Made by a program: the position numbers and the translations under genes | In this document: one piece after another, positions 50,759 to 59,972 of the stretch | Layout of the letters: every line of letters starts with the position of its first letter | Numbering within the stretch: the stretch's first letter is position 1 | Notes under the pieces: model-generated | Database searches by the model: none | What the model saw: only the letters and a program-made list of their open reading frames with translations | Told to the model about the DNA's origin: nothing | Assembly (NCBI GenBank): GCA_016213895.1 | Contig: JACQZJ010000099.1 | Coordinates: 12,481-76,480, forward strand | Length of the DNA stretch: 64,000 nt | Origin: Planctomycetota bacterium | Lineage (GTDB): Bacteria; Planctomycetota; B15-G4; JADJEK01 | Direction of reading: 5' to 3'

Positions 50759-51487
50759 TCAGCGCGCCGCGCGCGCGGCCGCGAGGATCTCGTCCGGCGT
50801 GGCGCGCGCCCCCACGTTGTCGGTCGCGTGCTTCCACTTCACCGTGCCGTGCTCGTCCACCAGGAAGAGGGTGGCGTAGAAGACGTCCGAGAGGTCCGGC
50901 CCAGCCTTCCTGTGCCGCAGGCCGAGCGCGTCCATGAGCCTCCCGCGCTCGTCGCTGACCACGGGGAAGGTCAGGCCCAGGCGCTCGGCCTTCTTGCGCG
51001 CCGTGCTCGCGCCGTCGCTGCTCGCCGCCACGACGGAGATCCCCGCCGCGCGCAGGGCGTCTTGCTGCTCGTGGAGCCGGACCAGCTCCGCGACGCAAGA
51101 AGGTCACCAGAAGCCGCGGAACAGCACGATGAGCTGCAGTCCGCCCGGCGCCGCGGCGCCGGCGGCGACCAGCCCGCCGCTCGTGGCGTCGGCCAGCTCG
51201 AGACGCGGGAAGGCGCTTCCCACCCCCGGCCCCGCGGGCCGCCCCGCGCCGTAGTCATGTAGCACGGCGAGGGCGAAGACGAAGACGGCGGTGTACAGCA
51301 AGGGGACGAGCGCGGCGAGCCGCACCGCCAGGTGGCCGGAGTTCCTCAGGTGGAGAAGGGCCAGCACCGCGCAGAGCAGAAGCAGCGCGTAGATCGGAAG
51401 CGGGTGGCGGTCGAGCGCGCACCAGCGCAGCCCGACGTAGGCGTAGGTGGTGGCGGCGGCGACGAGGAGCGCGGCGATCAGGTACAC
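50759..51487 (-). CDS. Membrane-anchored AhpC/TSA (peroxiredoxin-like) selenoprotein, Sec at TGA 51104-51106
   Basis: GTG start with GGAGG RBS; three TM helices; LFRGFW-TGA-PSCVAEL forms a UxxC motif; the frame continues to the thioredoxin-fold end. Confidence 0.88.
51070..51092 (-). promoter_or_regulatory. Bacterial SECIS element
   Basis: cgcggagct-GGT-ccggctccacg hairpin with GGT 20 nt after the UGA. Confidence 0.75.
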
Positions 51488-51489
51488 GG

Positions 51490-52626
51490 TCAACCTCCCT
51501 GCTCGGCCTCGAGCAGGCCCGGCGGCAGGGCGACGCGTTGCGTGCCGCTGCCCTTGGCGCGGCGGGCGCGCACGGCCGCGACGGGAAAGGGCACGTCGCG
51601 CGGCAGCGCGCCGAGAAGGTCGGCCAGCTCGTCGAGCGACGCGGTCCGGTTCAGCCGCGCGCGCAGCGCCGCGGTGCCGGGGAAGCCCTTGGTGTACCAG
51701 GGGCCGTGGCGGCGCATGTGGCGCACGCCGATCTCCTCGCCGAAGAAGGCGCAGAGAGCGTGCGCGTGCAGGATGGCGACGTCCGCCACCTCGCCCAGGC
51801 AGGGCGGATCGGGCGGCTCCTGGCCGGAGAACGCGCGGGCCAGGTCGCGGAACAGCCAGGGCCGCCCCAGGCAGCCGCGGCCGATGATGACGCCGTCGCA
51901 GCCGCACTGGCGCATCATGCGCAACGCGTCGTGCGCCTCGAACACGTCGCCGTTGCCGAGCACCGGGATGGCGACCTTCGCCTTGAGGTCGGCGATCGCG
52001 TCCCAGTCGGCCGCGCCGTCGTAGAGCTGCGCCGCGGTCCGAGCGTGCAGTCCCACGGCGGCCGCCCCCTCCTCTTGGGCCACGCGGCCGGCGGAGAGGT
52101 AGGTGAGGTGCTCGTCGTCGATCCCCTTGCGGAACTTGACGGTGACCGGGACGCCGCGCGCGCCGGCCACCGCGGCGGCGACGAGGCTCGCCATGAGCCG
52201 CGGCCTGAGGGGGATCGCGGCGCCGCCGCCGTGCGCGGTCACCTTGCGCACCGGGCAGCCGAAGTTGAGGTCGATGTGCTCGATTCCGCCGTCCGCGACG
52301 AGCTGGCGCGCCGCCTCGCCCAGGCAGCGCGCGTCCGTGCCATAGAGCTGGATGGAGCGCGGCGCCTCGTCCGGCGCGAACGAAGCCAGGAGGTGCGTCT
52401 TCCAGTTGCCCTCGATGAAGCCGCGCGCGGTGATCATCTCGGAGACGAAGAGGCCGGGGCCGAAGCCGCGGCACAGGCGCCGAAAGGGCGAGTTCGTCAC
52501 TCCGGCCATGGGTGCGAGCACCACCGGCGGGTAGACGGCGAGCGCGCCGAGGCAGAGCGGCGGGAACTCGCCTGGCGCCGCCAGCGGCACGGCGCGGTTC
52601 ACGGCGCTCAGGTAGGCCCGGTCCAC
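51490..52626 (-). CDS. dusB: tRNA-dihydrouridine synthase
   Basis: LAPMAGVT, IDLNFGCP, HART, GNGDV and GRGCLGRPW motifs. Confidence 0.9.
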   Translation of the reverse strand: MDRAYLSAVNRAVPLAAPGEFPPLCLGALAVYPPVVLAPMAGVTNSPFRRLCRGFGPGLFVSEMITARGFIEGNWKTHLLASFAPDEAPRSIQLYGTDARCLGEAARQLVADGGIEHIDLNFGCPVRKVTAHGGGAAIPLRPRLMASLVAAAVAGARGVPVTVKFRKGIDDEHLTYLSAGRVAQEEGAAAVGLHARTAAQLYDGAADWDAIADLKAKVAIPVLGNGDVFEAHDALRMMRQCGCDGVIIGRGCLGRPWLFRDLARAFSGQEPPDPPCLGEVADVAILHAHALCAFFGEEIGVRHMRRHGPWYTKGFPGTAALRARLNRTASLDELADLLGALPRDVPFPVAAVRARRAKGSGTQRVALPPGLLEAEQGG

Positions 52627-52627
52627 G

Positions 52628-52975
52628 TCACGCGCCGCGGTAGGTCACGAACGAGGTCGGCGTCTCATAGAGCACGATCTCATGCAGCTTCACGGGCAGG
52701 GCCCCGATGAGCTTCCGCCACAGCCAGACCACGATGTTCTCGGCCGAGGGGTTCTTCATGTGGTCGTTGAGGAAGGAGTGGTCGAGGAGCCCGACGGCCT
52801 TCTCCCAGACCAGCTTCTCGAGCACCGCGAAGTCGAGCGCCAGCCCATCTTCCTGCACGGGATGGTCGATGGTGACGATCACCTTGTAGGTGTGGCCGTG
52901 CAGCCGTTCGCAGTCGCCGTGGTACTCGGTGAGCTGATGGGCGGCGTGGAAGTTGAAGATCTTCGAAACCAACAT
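52628..52975 (-). CDS. queD: 6-carboxytetrahydropterin synthase
   Basis: FHAAH, CERLHGH, LDHSFLN, PSAENI and ETPT motifs. Confidence 0.92.
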   Translation of the reverse strand: MLVSKIFNFHAAHQLTEYHGDCERLHGHTYKVIVTIDHPVQEDGLALDFAVLEKLVWEKAVGLLDHSFLNDHMKNPSAENIVVWLWRKLIGALPVKLHEIVLYETPTSFVTYRGA

Positions 52976-53006
52976 GGCTCAGAACCTGCTCGCTGCGGCG
53001 GCTCGT

Positions 53007-53579
53007 CTAGCGGCGTCCGTTCCCGGAGAGGATGAGCGACATCACCTCGCTGCGCGCCGGGCCGCTCTTGTGGAACACGCCGCGCAGGGCCGAGGTCACC
53101 ATCTTCGCCCCAGGCTTGCGCACCCCGCGCACGGTCATGCACGTGTGCACCGCCTCGATCACCACGGCGACCCCCTTGGGCGCGAGCTTCTCCATGAACA
53201 CGTCGGCGATCTGGCTGGTGAGCCGCTCCTGGACCTGGGGCCGGCGGGCGTACCCTTCGACCACGCGCGCGATCTTCGACAGCCCGACCACGCGCCCCGC
53301 CGGGATGTACGCCACGTGCGCGTGACCGGTGAAGGGCATGAGGTGGTGCTCGCAGAACGAGTCGAAGGGGATGTCCTTCACCAGGACCAACTCGTGGTGG
53401 TCCTCGTCGAAGAAGCGGTCGAGGTACGAGGCCGGATCCTCGCCCAGGCCCGCGAACAGCTCGTCGTACATGCGGGCCACGCGCGCCGGCGTGTCCCGCA
53501 AGCCTTCGCGGTCCGGATTCTCGCCCACCGCGATCAGGATCTCCCTGACGGCGGAGCGGATGCGCTCCTGATCTGCCAT
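53007..53579 (-). CDS. folE: GTP cyclohydrolase I
   Basis: [28 protein letters not shown] and HTCMTVRG motifs. Confidence 0.95.
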   Translation of the reverse strand: MADQERIRSAVREILIAVGENPDREGLRDTPARVARMYDELFAGLGEDPASYLDRFFDEDHHELVLVKDIPFDSFCEHHLMPFTGHAHVAYIPAGRVVGLSKIARVVEGYARRPQVQERLTSQIADVFMEKLAPKGVAVVIEAVHTCMTVRGVRKPGAKMVTSALRGVFHKSGPARSEVMSLILSGNGRR

Positions 53580-53609
53580 GCCCGGAGTATAGCGCGCCGC
53601 GGGCCGCGC

Positions 53610-54023
53610 TCAGAGCGCTTCCTCATCGCAGAGCTGGCTCTCGATGAGGGACCTGAGGCGTTCGAGATCCGCGCGGCCGAGGGACTCGCCGCCGACCAGC
53701 TGCAGGAGCAGCGGCTCGACCTTGCCGTCGAACAGGCGGTCGATGAGGTCGCCGACCATCGAGGTCGTGACCTCCTGGCGCGTGACCCGGGAGCGGAAGC
53801 AATGCGCGCGGCCCGAGCCGGCGCGCGACTCCACCACGCCCTTCTCCCGGAGGATGGCGAGCATGGTCTGGACCGTGTTGTAGGCGAGCGGCCGGCGCCG
53901 GCCGCGGTTCAGGCGATCGGCCACGCCGCGCACGGTGAGCGGCTCAGGCGCGGCGGCCCAGACCTCGCGCATGACCGCGAGTTCGAGGTTGGTCAGCAAG
54001 GTGCGCTTCCTGCGAACAGCCAT
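53610..54023 (-). CDS. BlaI/MecI/CopY-family repressor
   Basis: LTNLELAVMREVW, LAYNTVQTML..L.EKG and LFDG motifs. Confidence 0.9.
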   Translation of the reverse strand: MAVRRKRTLLTNLELAVMREVWAAAPEPLTVRGVADRLNRGRRRPLAYNTVQTMLAILREKGVVESRAGSGRAHCFRSRVTRQEVTTSMVGDLIDRLFDGKVEPLLLQLVGGESLGRADLERLRSLIESQLCDEEAL

Positions 54024-54024
54024 A

Positions 54025-54042
54025 CTCCTAATAGTTTAGGAG
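54025..54042. promoter_or_regulatory. Palindromic operator candidate over the blaI -10/RBS
   Basis: ctcctaa-tagt-ttaggag, an AT-rich perfect 7-bp inverted repeat directly upstream of the ATG. Confidence 0.55.
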
Positions 54043-54118
54043 ACCGCGCGCCGCGGACAAGCCCGCCGCGCGGCGAATCCGCGCCGTGATCGTCCGGCGC
54101 GGGCGTATCTTCTGTGCC

Positions 54119-55213
54119 ATGCCAGGGAACGAACGCAAGAAGCCCCCGTTGGCCGTGAGGCTCGCGCTCGCGGCCGGCGCTCCGCTGCTCCTGCTCGCGC
54201 TCGCCGAGTTCGTGGTGGCATCGCTCGACGTCGCGCCCTTTCCCGAGGATCCGATCGTGGTGTGGAACGGCCCGCGCGACCGGGAGATGAACTCGCCGCG
54301 CGGGGAGTTCCGCCATCACCCGAACTGGCTGTGGGAGCCGCGCCCCGGGGTGATCGTCTTCGGCGCGCCGATCAACGAGGGCGGATACCGCGGCCCGTAC
54401 TATCCGCCGCGCAAGGGCGCGCGCCTGCGCATCGCCACGCTCGGCGATTCCAGCACCTACGGCTTCAACGTGGCCGAGGACGTGTGCTGGTCGCGATGCC
54501 TGGAGGCGATCCTCCGCGCCTACGGCTGCGACGTCGAGGTCTTGAACTTCGGCGTCATCGGCTTCACGGCGGTGCAGGGCGAACGCCTCTATCTCGGCAG
54601 GGTCCGCGACTACCAGCCCGACGTGGTGGTGGCCGCGTTCGGGGCCGTGAACGAGGCCTTTACCACGCTGCCTGGGTTGACCGACCTGGAGAAGATCGCG
54701 CGCGTCTCGAGCTTCGGCTATCGCCTGCGGCAGTTCCTGCTGCGCTATGACTTCTTCCGCCTGCTCGATTCCCTCGGCGGGAAGCCGGCGGAGGCGGCGC
54801 CGCCTGAGGCGCCGGGCACGGCCGAGCGCGTGGCGCCCGAGGTGTTCGAGCAGACGCTCGTCGACCTGAACCGCGCGGTGACGGCGGACGGCGGGCGCCT
54901 CATCCTGGTGTCGCCGCCGCGCCGGCAGGACGGCGTGGACTTCCTGAAGGGCAAGGGGGACGAGTACACGGCCGCCATCCACCGGGTCGCGGAGCGCGAG
55001 CAGATTCCGCTCGCCGACGTGCTTGCCGAGTTCCGCAGGCTGGATCGCGAGGCCCTCGGCGAGGGCGCGGAGAGCCTCCCCCGCGCGCTCGAGTCGGAGC
55101 TGTTCACCGACGGCTGGCATCCGAGCTTGAAGGGGCACCGCGCCTACGCGGTGGTGGTCGGCCAGGCTCTGCGGGACGCGGGCCTGCTGCCGTTCCCGCC
55201 GGAGGACGGCTGA
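54119..55213 (+). CDS. SGNH/GDSL hydrolase, membrane anchored
   Basis: LGDSSTYG, NFGVIG, GAVNE and DGWHP motifs. Confidence 0.85.
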   Translation: MPGNERKKPPLAVRLALAAGAPLLLLALAEFVVASLDVAPFPEDPIVVWNGPRDREMNSPRGEFRHHPNWLWEPRPGVIVFGAPINEGGYRGPYYPPRKGARLRIATLGDSSTYGFNVAEDVCWSRCLEAILRAYGCDVEVLNFGVIGFTAVQGERLYLGRVRDYQPDVVVAAFGAVNEAFTTLPGLTDLEKIARVSSFGYRLRQFLLRYDFFRLLDSLGGKPAEAAPPEAPGTAERVAPEVFEQTLVDLNRAVTADGGRLILVSPPRRQDGVDFLKGKGDEYTAAIHRVAEREQIPLADVLAEFRRLDREALGEGAESLPRALESELFTDGWHPSLKGHRAYAVVVGQALRDAGLLPFPPEDG

Positions 55214-55237
55214 TCACCTGCCCGGGCCGCGCGCCGG

Positions 55238-58200
55238 CTACTCGATCTCCACGCGCGCCTCGCCGCCGGCGGGGACCTCGACCTCGGCGAGGACCGGCCA
55301 GGAGTCCGGACTCGCGTCGTGTCGCCGCTCGACGATGCGGCCGGGGCCGGCGGGAACCAGGCGCCTCGGGATGGTGCCGTCCTCGCCCGGCCGCAAGTAG
55401 GTCAGCATCACCGTGTCCAGGTCATGGAGCAGCAAGTGATAGATGGGGCCTGCCCCCTTCGGGGTAAGGATCCGGCCCGCGAGGAACCCGGTCTCGAAGG
55501 AGAGGTTCCAGACGTTTTCTCCGGGCGAGAGGTTCACCACGGTGCGAATCGTCGTCTGGGACAGAGGGCCGGATCCAGCGTCGATATGCAGGTCGTGGCG
55601 CCCGCTCCGCACCGAACGCAGCAGGAACGTGCCGTCCGCCGCGGCGCCTCCGTACCAGCGCTCATCGACCGACGGCAGCAGGTCTTCGTGCCGGGCTGCG
55701 ATGGTCCAGGCCTGCACACCCGGGAGGCCGGCAACCTCGATCCGTCCGTGCAGGATTGCGCCTCCGAACGTGCGCAGGTCGACATCGAAGGTCGTGATCT
55801 CGCCGGCGAGCACTTCGCAGCTCCAGTCGGCCAGCGGCTTCGGAGCAGCCTGGTCGTAGTAGGTCGCCGCCACGAGAGAGTCGGGCGACGGGCCGACCTC
55901 GTGCTCGCACGGCGCGACCTGCCACGGCCCCGGCGTCAGGTTCGTGAACTCATAGGCGCCGTCCGGACCGATCCGTTGCGATGTGGGGAAGCCGTCGCCA
56001 CAGGAGACGCCGACGATCATGCCCGTCGGATCGGCATCAGGCGGCGCAAGCACGCGGCCGCGGAGCGTTCCGCCGCGGCAGAGAATGATCTCCGCTCCCG
56101 CAACGCCGATACCCGGTTCGAAGTCGATCGGGCCGGCTTCGCCCGGCGCGAAGCCGGCCGCCTCGGCGCGCACGAAATACGGTCCTTTGCGACCAAGGGG
56201 AACGTGGAATCGCCCTTGCTCGTCCGACAACACTGCATCTCGCAGCGCGCCGGGACGCCGCCGGCTCGCGAACCCCAGGCACTCGATGCGTTCCCCTTCA
56301 CCCGCGGGCTCCGCGAGCAGGATGCGCGCGCCCGCCACGGGCCGGCCCTCGAAGGTCACCCGGCCGCTCAGTCCCGGCTGGTGCCCGAGGGTCGCGACGA
56401 TCGGCGAAGCGGTCGCGGAAGGCTCGAACGGCCCAAGCCGGACCTTCTCGAAACCAATCGCACAGACGCTGACCGTGAACGGCTGCGCGGGCCTGCGGAC
56501 CCGCCAGACACCCATGTCCGAACGGTGGTCGTACGCGTCGTCGAGAATGGCCGGGCGGTCAGCGTTGAGCTGCGCGTCGAAGCGGGTCACGGCGTTCCCC
56601 TCCTCGTCACGGACCTGGATCTCGATGTTGTCCGCGGGCTCCAGCCGGATGCGGCGCAGCGCCTCCAGCGCCGTGCCGATCCGGAAGAGCCGCTGGGTGT
56701 ACAGGCCCGCCTTGTCCTCGACCCAGACCTCGCGGTCCAGCAGGCCGGACGGCGTCTCGGCGAGGTAGAAGACACCGTTCTGGTCCGTTTCATCGAGATT
56801 CGTCCGCCAGCCGTCTGCCCTCGGCGATCGGAAGGTCAGCCGGACATCCGGCACCGGCCGGCCCTCAGGGTCCACCACCTCGCACCGCACCTGCCCTGAA
56901 TGGTCCTCCTGGGGCAGCTCGAAGTGCGTCTCGGCCACGCCGCCCGGGTCCACCGAGACCGAGCGCCTCTCCGAGCCGACCGAGAGGATCGCCAGGTAGG
57001 CCGGCACCGACTCGAGGCGGAAGCTGCCGTCCGCTGTGGTGACCGTGGTCACGCTCGCGGCGCTATCGTTGCGGTGGCGCACCGCGTTGGCGAGGGACCA
57101 GTACTCGTCCGTGTTGGGCCTGGCCATAACCGCGACGTCCGCGACCGGCTCGCCGCGATGGTCGCGCACGTGGCCGATGACCGTTCCCGCGGGTTGCAGC
57201 CGCAGCGTGCCGAGGTGCGTGACGCGGTCCGTCGAGACCACGGCCTGGATCTCGCGCGGGGCGAAGAGCGGGGATCGCGTGGCGAAGGTCGCTTCCCACT
57301 TGCCCTCGTCTCCGAGCTCCTCGTCCCGTTCCGTGCGCGGCACCGCGAGGACCACGCGGCCGTCCGCGCCGCTTTCCGCGCGCACGCCGGCATACGCGGC
57401 CGGCTGCGTGTCGGGCTCGTTGTCCCCTCTCTTCTCCACGATCCGGCAGAGCGCCACTCCGGCGCTGGGGGAGCCGTCCTCGCCGACCAGGCGAGCGATC
57501 ACCGTCGCGGTCACGAGGGTGCTTGCTTCGCCGGCCGGCGGCTCCGCGACGAGAGCCGTCCGTTCCTCCTCGGACGCCGCGGAGGCCGGCGCAGACTCGG
57601 CGCGGACGCCGTCCGGACGGGATCGAGCACCGGGCGGCGCAGCGCCGCCATCCTGCCCGCGATCGAGGAGGAGCCACGCCGCGCCAAGGATCAGGACGCA
57701 GGCGCCCGCCGCGAGCAGCGAGACCGAGAGGCCGGTCGCGGCGAGCCCTTGCGCCGCCGGCTCCCGCGCGAGGGGCAGAAGGACCGTCATCCACGCCCGC
57801 CGGTCGCCGCTGTGCGCGTCATCCATTCTCCGGCGCAGGAGGTCGAGGCCCTGGCGCACGCGCCAGCGCACCGTGGAGTCGGGGATGGCCTGGCGCCGCG
57901 CGATCTCGGCCGAGGGGATATCCTCGACGAAGTGCAGGAGCAGCGTGGTGCGGTAGGGCTCGTCGAGCGAGCGCAGCGCCGTGGCGAGACGGCGCTGCAG
58001 GTCGAGGCGCTGAACCAGCTCGTCCGTCGCCGGCAGGGCCTCCGGGAGCGCGGCTGCGACCTCGCGGCGCGCGCGGCGTCCCTGGGAACGGAAGCTTTTC
58101 CACGCCGAATGCGTGAGCACGCGCGCCAGCCAGGGGCGCGCCGGCCGGCGCGCGTCCGGCGGGGACACGAGCGCGGCGACGAACGCCTCCTGCACCACGT

Positions 58201-58306
58201 CGTCAGCAGTGTTCGGGTCGAGAACCAGGCGGCGCGCCAGGCGGCGCATCCACTCGGTCTGGGCGATCAGCCCTTCCCACGTCCCTTCGTTCGTCGATTC
58301 GTGCAT
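55238..58306 (-). CDS. ECF sigma factor fused to TM helix and carboxypeptidase-regulatory-like repeats
   Basis: ADDVVQEAF, RPWLARV and L.EPYR..SAEIAR..TVRWR sigma regions; TM segment; repeated G.V....G.PV and DG.F motifs. Confidence 0.85.
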   Translation of the reverse strand: MHESTNEGTWEGLIAQTEWMRRLARRLVLDPNTADDVVQEAFVAALVSPPDARRPARPWLARVLTHSAWKSFRSQGRRARREVAAALPEALPATDELVQRLDLQRRLATALRSLDEPYRTTLLLHFVEDIPSAEIARRQAIPDSTVRWRVRQGLDLLRRRMDDAHSGDRRAWMTVLLPLAREPAAQGLAATGLSVSLLAAGACVLILGAAWLLLDRGQDGGAAPPGARSRPDGVRAESAPASAASEEERTALVAEPPAGEASTLVTATVIARLVGEDGSPSAGVALCRIVEKRGDNEPDTQPAAYAGVRAESGADGRVVLAVPRTERDEELGDEGKWEATFATRSPLFAPREIQAVVSTDRVTHLGTLRLQPAGTVIGHVRDHRGEPVADVAVMARPNTDEYWSLANAVRHRNDSAASVTTVTTADGSFRLESVPAYLAILSVGSERRSVSVDPGGVAETHFELPQEDHSGQVRCEVVDPEGRPVPDVRLTFRSPRADGWRTNLDETDQNGVFYLAETPSGLLDREVWVEDKAGLYTQRLFRIGTALEALRRIRLEPADNIEIQVRDEEGNAVTRFDAQLNADRPAILDDAYDHRSDMGVWRVRRPAQPFTVSVCAIGFEKVRLGPFEPSATASPIVATLGHQPGLSGRVTFEGRPVAGARILLAEPAGEGERIECLGFASRRRPGALRDAVLSDEQGRFHVPLGRKGPYFVRAEAAGFAPGEAGPIDFEPGIGVAGAEIILCRGGTLRGRVLAPPDADPTGMIVGVSCGDGFPTSQRIGPDGAYEFTNLTPGPWQVAPCEHEVGPSPDSLVAATYYDQAAPKPLADWSCEVLAGEITTFDVDLRTFGGAILHGRIEVAGLPGVQAWTIAARHEDLLPSVDERWYGGAAADGTFLLRSVRSGRHDLHIDAGSGPLSQTTIRTVVNLSPGENVWNLSFETGFLAGRILTPKGAGPIYHLLLHDLDTVMLTYLRPGEDGTIPRRLVPAGPGRIVERRHDASPDSWPVLAEVEVPAGGEARVEIE

Positions 58307-59448
58307 GGCGCCTCCGCCGATGATATCCCGCGCGGGCGCGCATCGTTGGGCAGGAGCGCCTCGCCGCCCGGTGCTCCTTCCCGCTTCAGGTTCTCGATCT
58401 CCTCGAGGAGGGCATCCACCATCTCCTCCTCCCTGACCTTGCGCACCGCCTTTCCCTTGCGGTAGAGCACGCCCATGCCGCCGCCGCCGGCGATGCCGAT
58501 GTCCGCCTCGGCCGCCTCGCCCGGCCCGTTGACCGGGCAGCCGAGCACGGCGATGCGGATGGGGAGCGTCTCGCCGCGCAGCCGCTCCGTGATCGCGGCC
58601 ATCAGCTTCTCCAGGTCGATGTCGATGCGGCCGCAGGTCGGGCAGGAGATCAGCTCCGGCGAGGTGACGCGCGCGCCGGCCGCCTTGAGGATGTCGAACG
58701 CCACCGGGATCTCCACCACGGGCGGGCAGGTGAGAGAGACGCGGATCGTGTCGCCGATGCCCTCGGCGAGGAGCGCGCCGATGCCGATCGCCGACTTGAT
58801 GGCGCCGTAGCCGGGGAGCCCTGCTTCAGTGATGCCGAGGTGCAGCGGAAAGGACGTGCTCGCCGCCAAGAGCCGGTTGGCGGCGAGGCAAGTCCGCACG
58901 TCCGTGGACTTGATCGACACGACGACCTGATCGAAGTCCTCCTCGCGGCAGGTCTCGAGGTGGCGGAGCGCGCTCTCCACGAGCGCCTGCGGCGACGGCC
59001 AGCCGTGCTTCTTCAGCAGGTCCTTCTCCACCGAGCCGGAGTTGACGCCGACGCGGACCGCGGTCCCGGCCGCGCGCGCCGCGCGCAGGATTTCGCGCAC
59101 CCGCTCCTTCGACCCGATGTTGCCCGGGTTGACGCGCACCTTGCTGGCGCCCGCCTCGATGGCGAGGAGCGCCATGCGAAAGTCGAAGTGGACGTCCGCG
59201 ATGAGCGGCACGTGCATGGCTGCCCGGAGCGCCTTGAGGTTGGCCGCGGCCGCGCGGTTCGGCACGGTGACGCGGATCAGCTCGCAGCCCGCCTCCTCGA
59301 GGGAGCGAATCTGGGCCAGAGTGGCGTCGAGATCCGCCGTGTCAGTAGTCGTCATGGACTGGACGCGGATCGGGTGCCCGGAGCCGATTACCAGCGAGCC
59401 GATGCGCACGGGGACGGTCGCGCGCCGCTCGGATCGGCTCAAGTCCAT
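58267..59448 (-). CDS. ispG: 4-hydroxy-3-methylbut-2-en-1-yl diphosphate synthase
   Basis: VQSMTTT, ADVHF, RVNPGNIG, HLGITEAG, ISCPTCGR and GCPVNGPGEA motifs. Confidence 0.95.
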   Translation of the reverse strand: MDLSRSERRATVPVRIGSLVIGSGHPIRVQSMTTTDTADLDATLAQIRSLEEAGCELIRVTVPNRAAAANLKALRAAMHVPLIADVHFDFRMALLAIEAGASKVRVNPGNIGSKERVREILRAARAAGTAVRVGVNSGSVEKDLLKKHGWPSPQALVESALRHLETCREEDFDQVVVSIKSTDVRTCLAANRLLAASTSFPLHLGITEAGLPGYGAIKSAIGIGALLAEGIGDTIRVSLTCPPVVEIPVAFDILKAAGARVTSPELISCPTCGRIDIDLEKLMAAITERLRGETLPIRIAVLGCPVNGPGEAAEADIGIAGGGGMGVLYRKGKAVRKVREEEMVDALLEEIENLKREGAPGGEALLPNDARPRGISSAEAPCTNRRTKGRGKG

Positions 59449-59748
59449 GAAATGGACCACTTTGTGTCGTCCTCCGTAGCGGCGTTTCGGGCCTCGCTGG
59501 CGCCTGATCCGTGGCGATCGTGCTGGCTTGGCCCGCGATTCTCCGATATACTTCGTAGGTACACTCTAGCAGAGTCGTCGGATGGTGAGCTTCGGCGCCC
59601 CGTTCAGCTGGGATCGGCACGGCAGGTGATGCGAGTTCGAGGGGCAGGAATGAGTTCGGTGAAACCGAGTGCGGCGGGACCGGCGGAGGGTGGCGTGCGA
59701 TTGCGCGAGCGGCATGAGAAGGAGCAACCCAGCCGTGAACGAGAGAGG

Positions 59749-59865
59749 ATGGCCAAGGTGACCGAGCAGCAAGAGCCGGTGAACAGCGCCGAGCCCCTCT
59801 TCGAGAACACGGACAAGTACCGCAGGGCGAAGCCGATCCTCCGGCCGGAAGACATCCGCATCTGA
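59749..59865 (+). CDS. Putative 38-aa small protein
   Basis: MAKVTEQQEPVNSAEPLFENTDKYRRAKPILRPEDIRI; strong GC3 bias; purine-rich sequence upstream; an alternative start exists at 59650. Confidence 0.45.
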   Translation: MAKVTEQQEPVNSAEPLFENTDKYRRAKPILRPEDIRI

Positions 59866-59972
59866 TCGGTGCGGGCGCCTCTCCCTGGATCGCGCGGCGA
59901 CACCCCAGCGCGGGCGCGCCCCCGCGTTTCCTCGCGTAGCTTCATTCCTCCTTACCTCTTACGATACGGTGC

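Noticed and set aside
59560-59750. tRNA, tmRNA or 6S RNA in the ispG upstream region
   Set aside because: No cloverleaf, T-arm/CCA end or tag-peptide signature could be built by eye.
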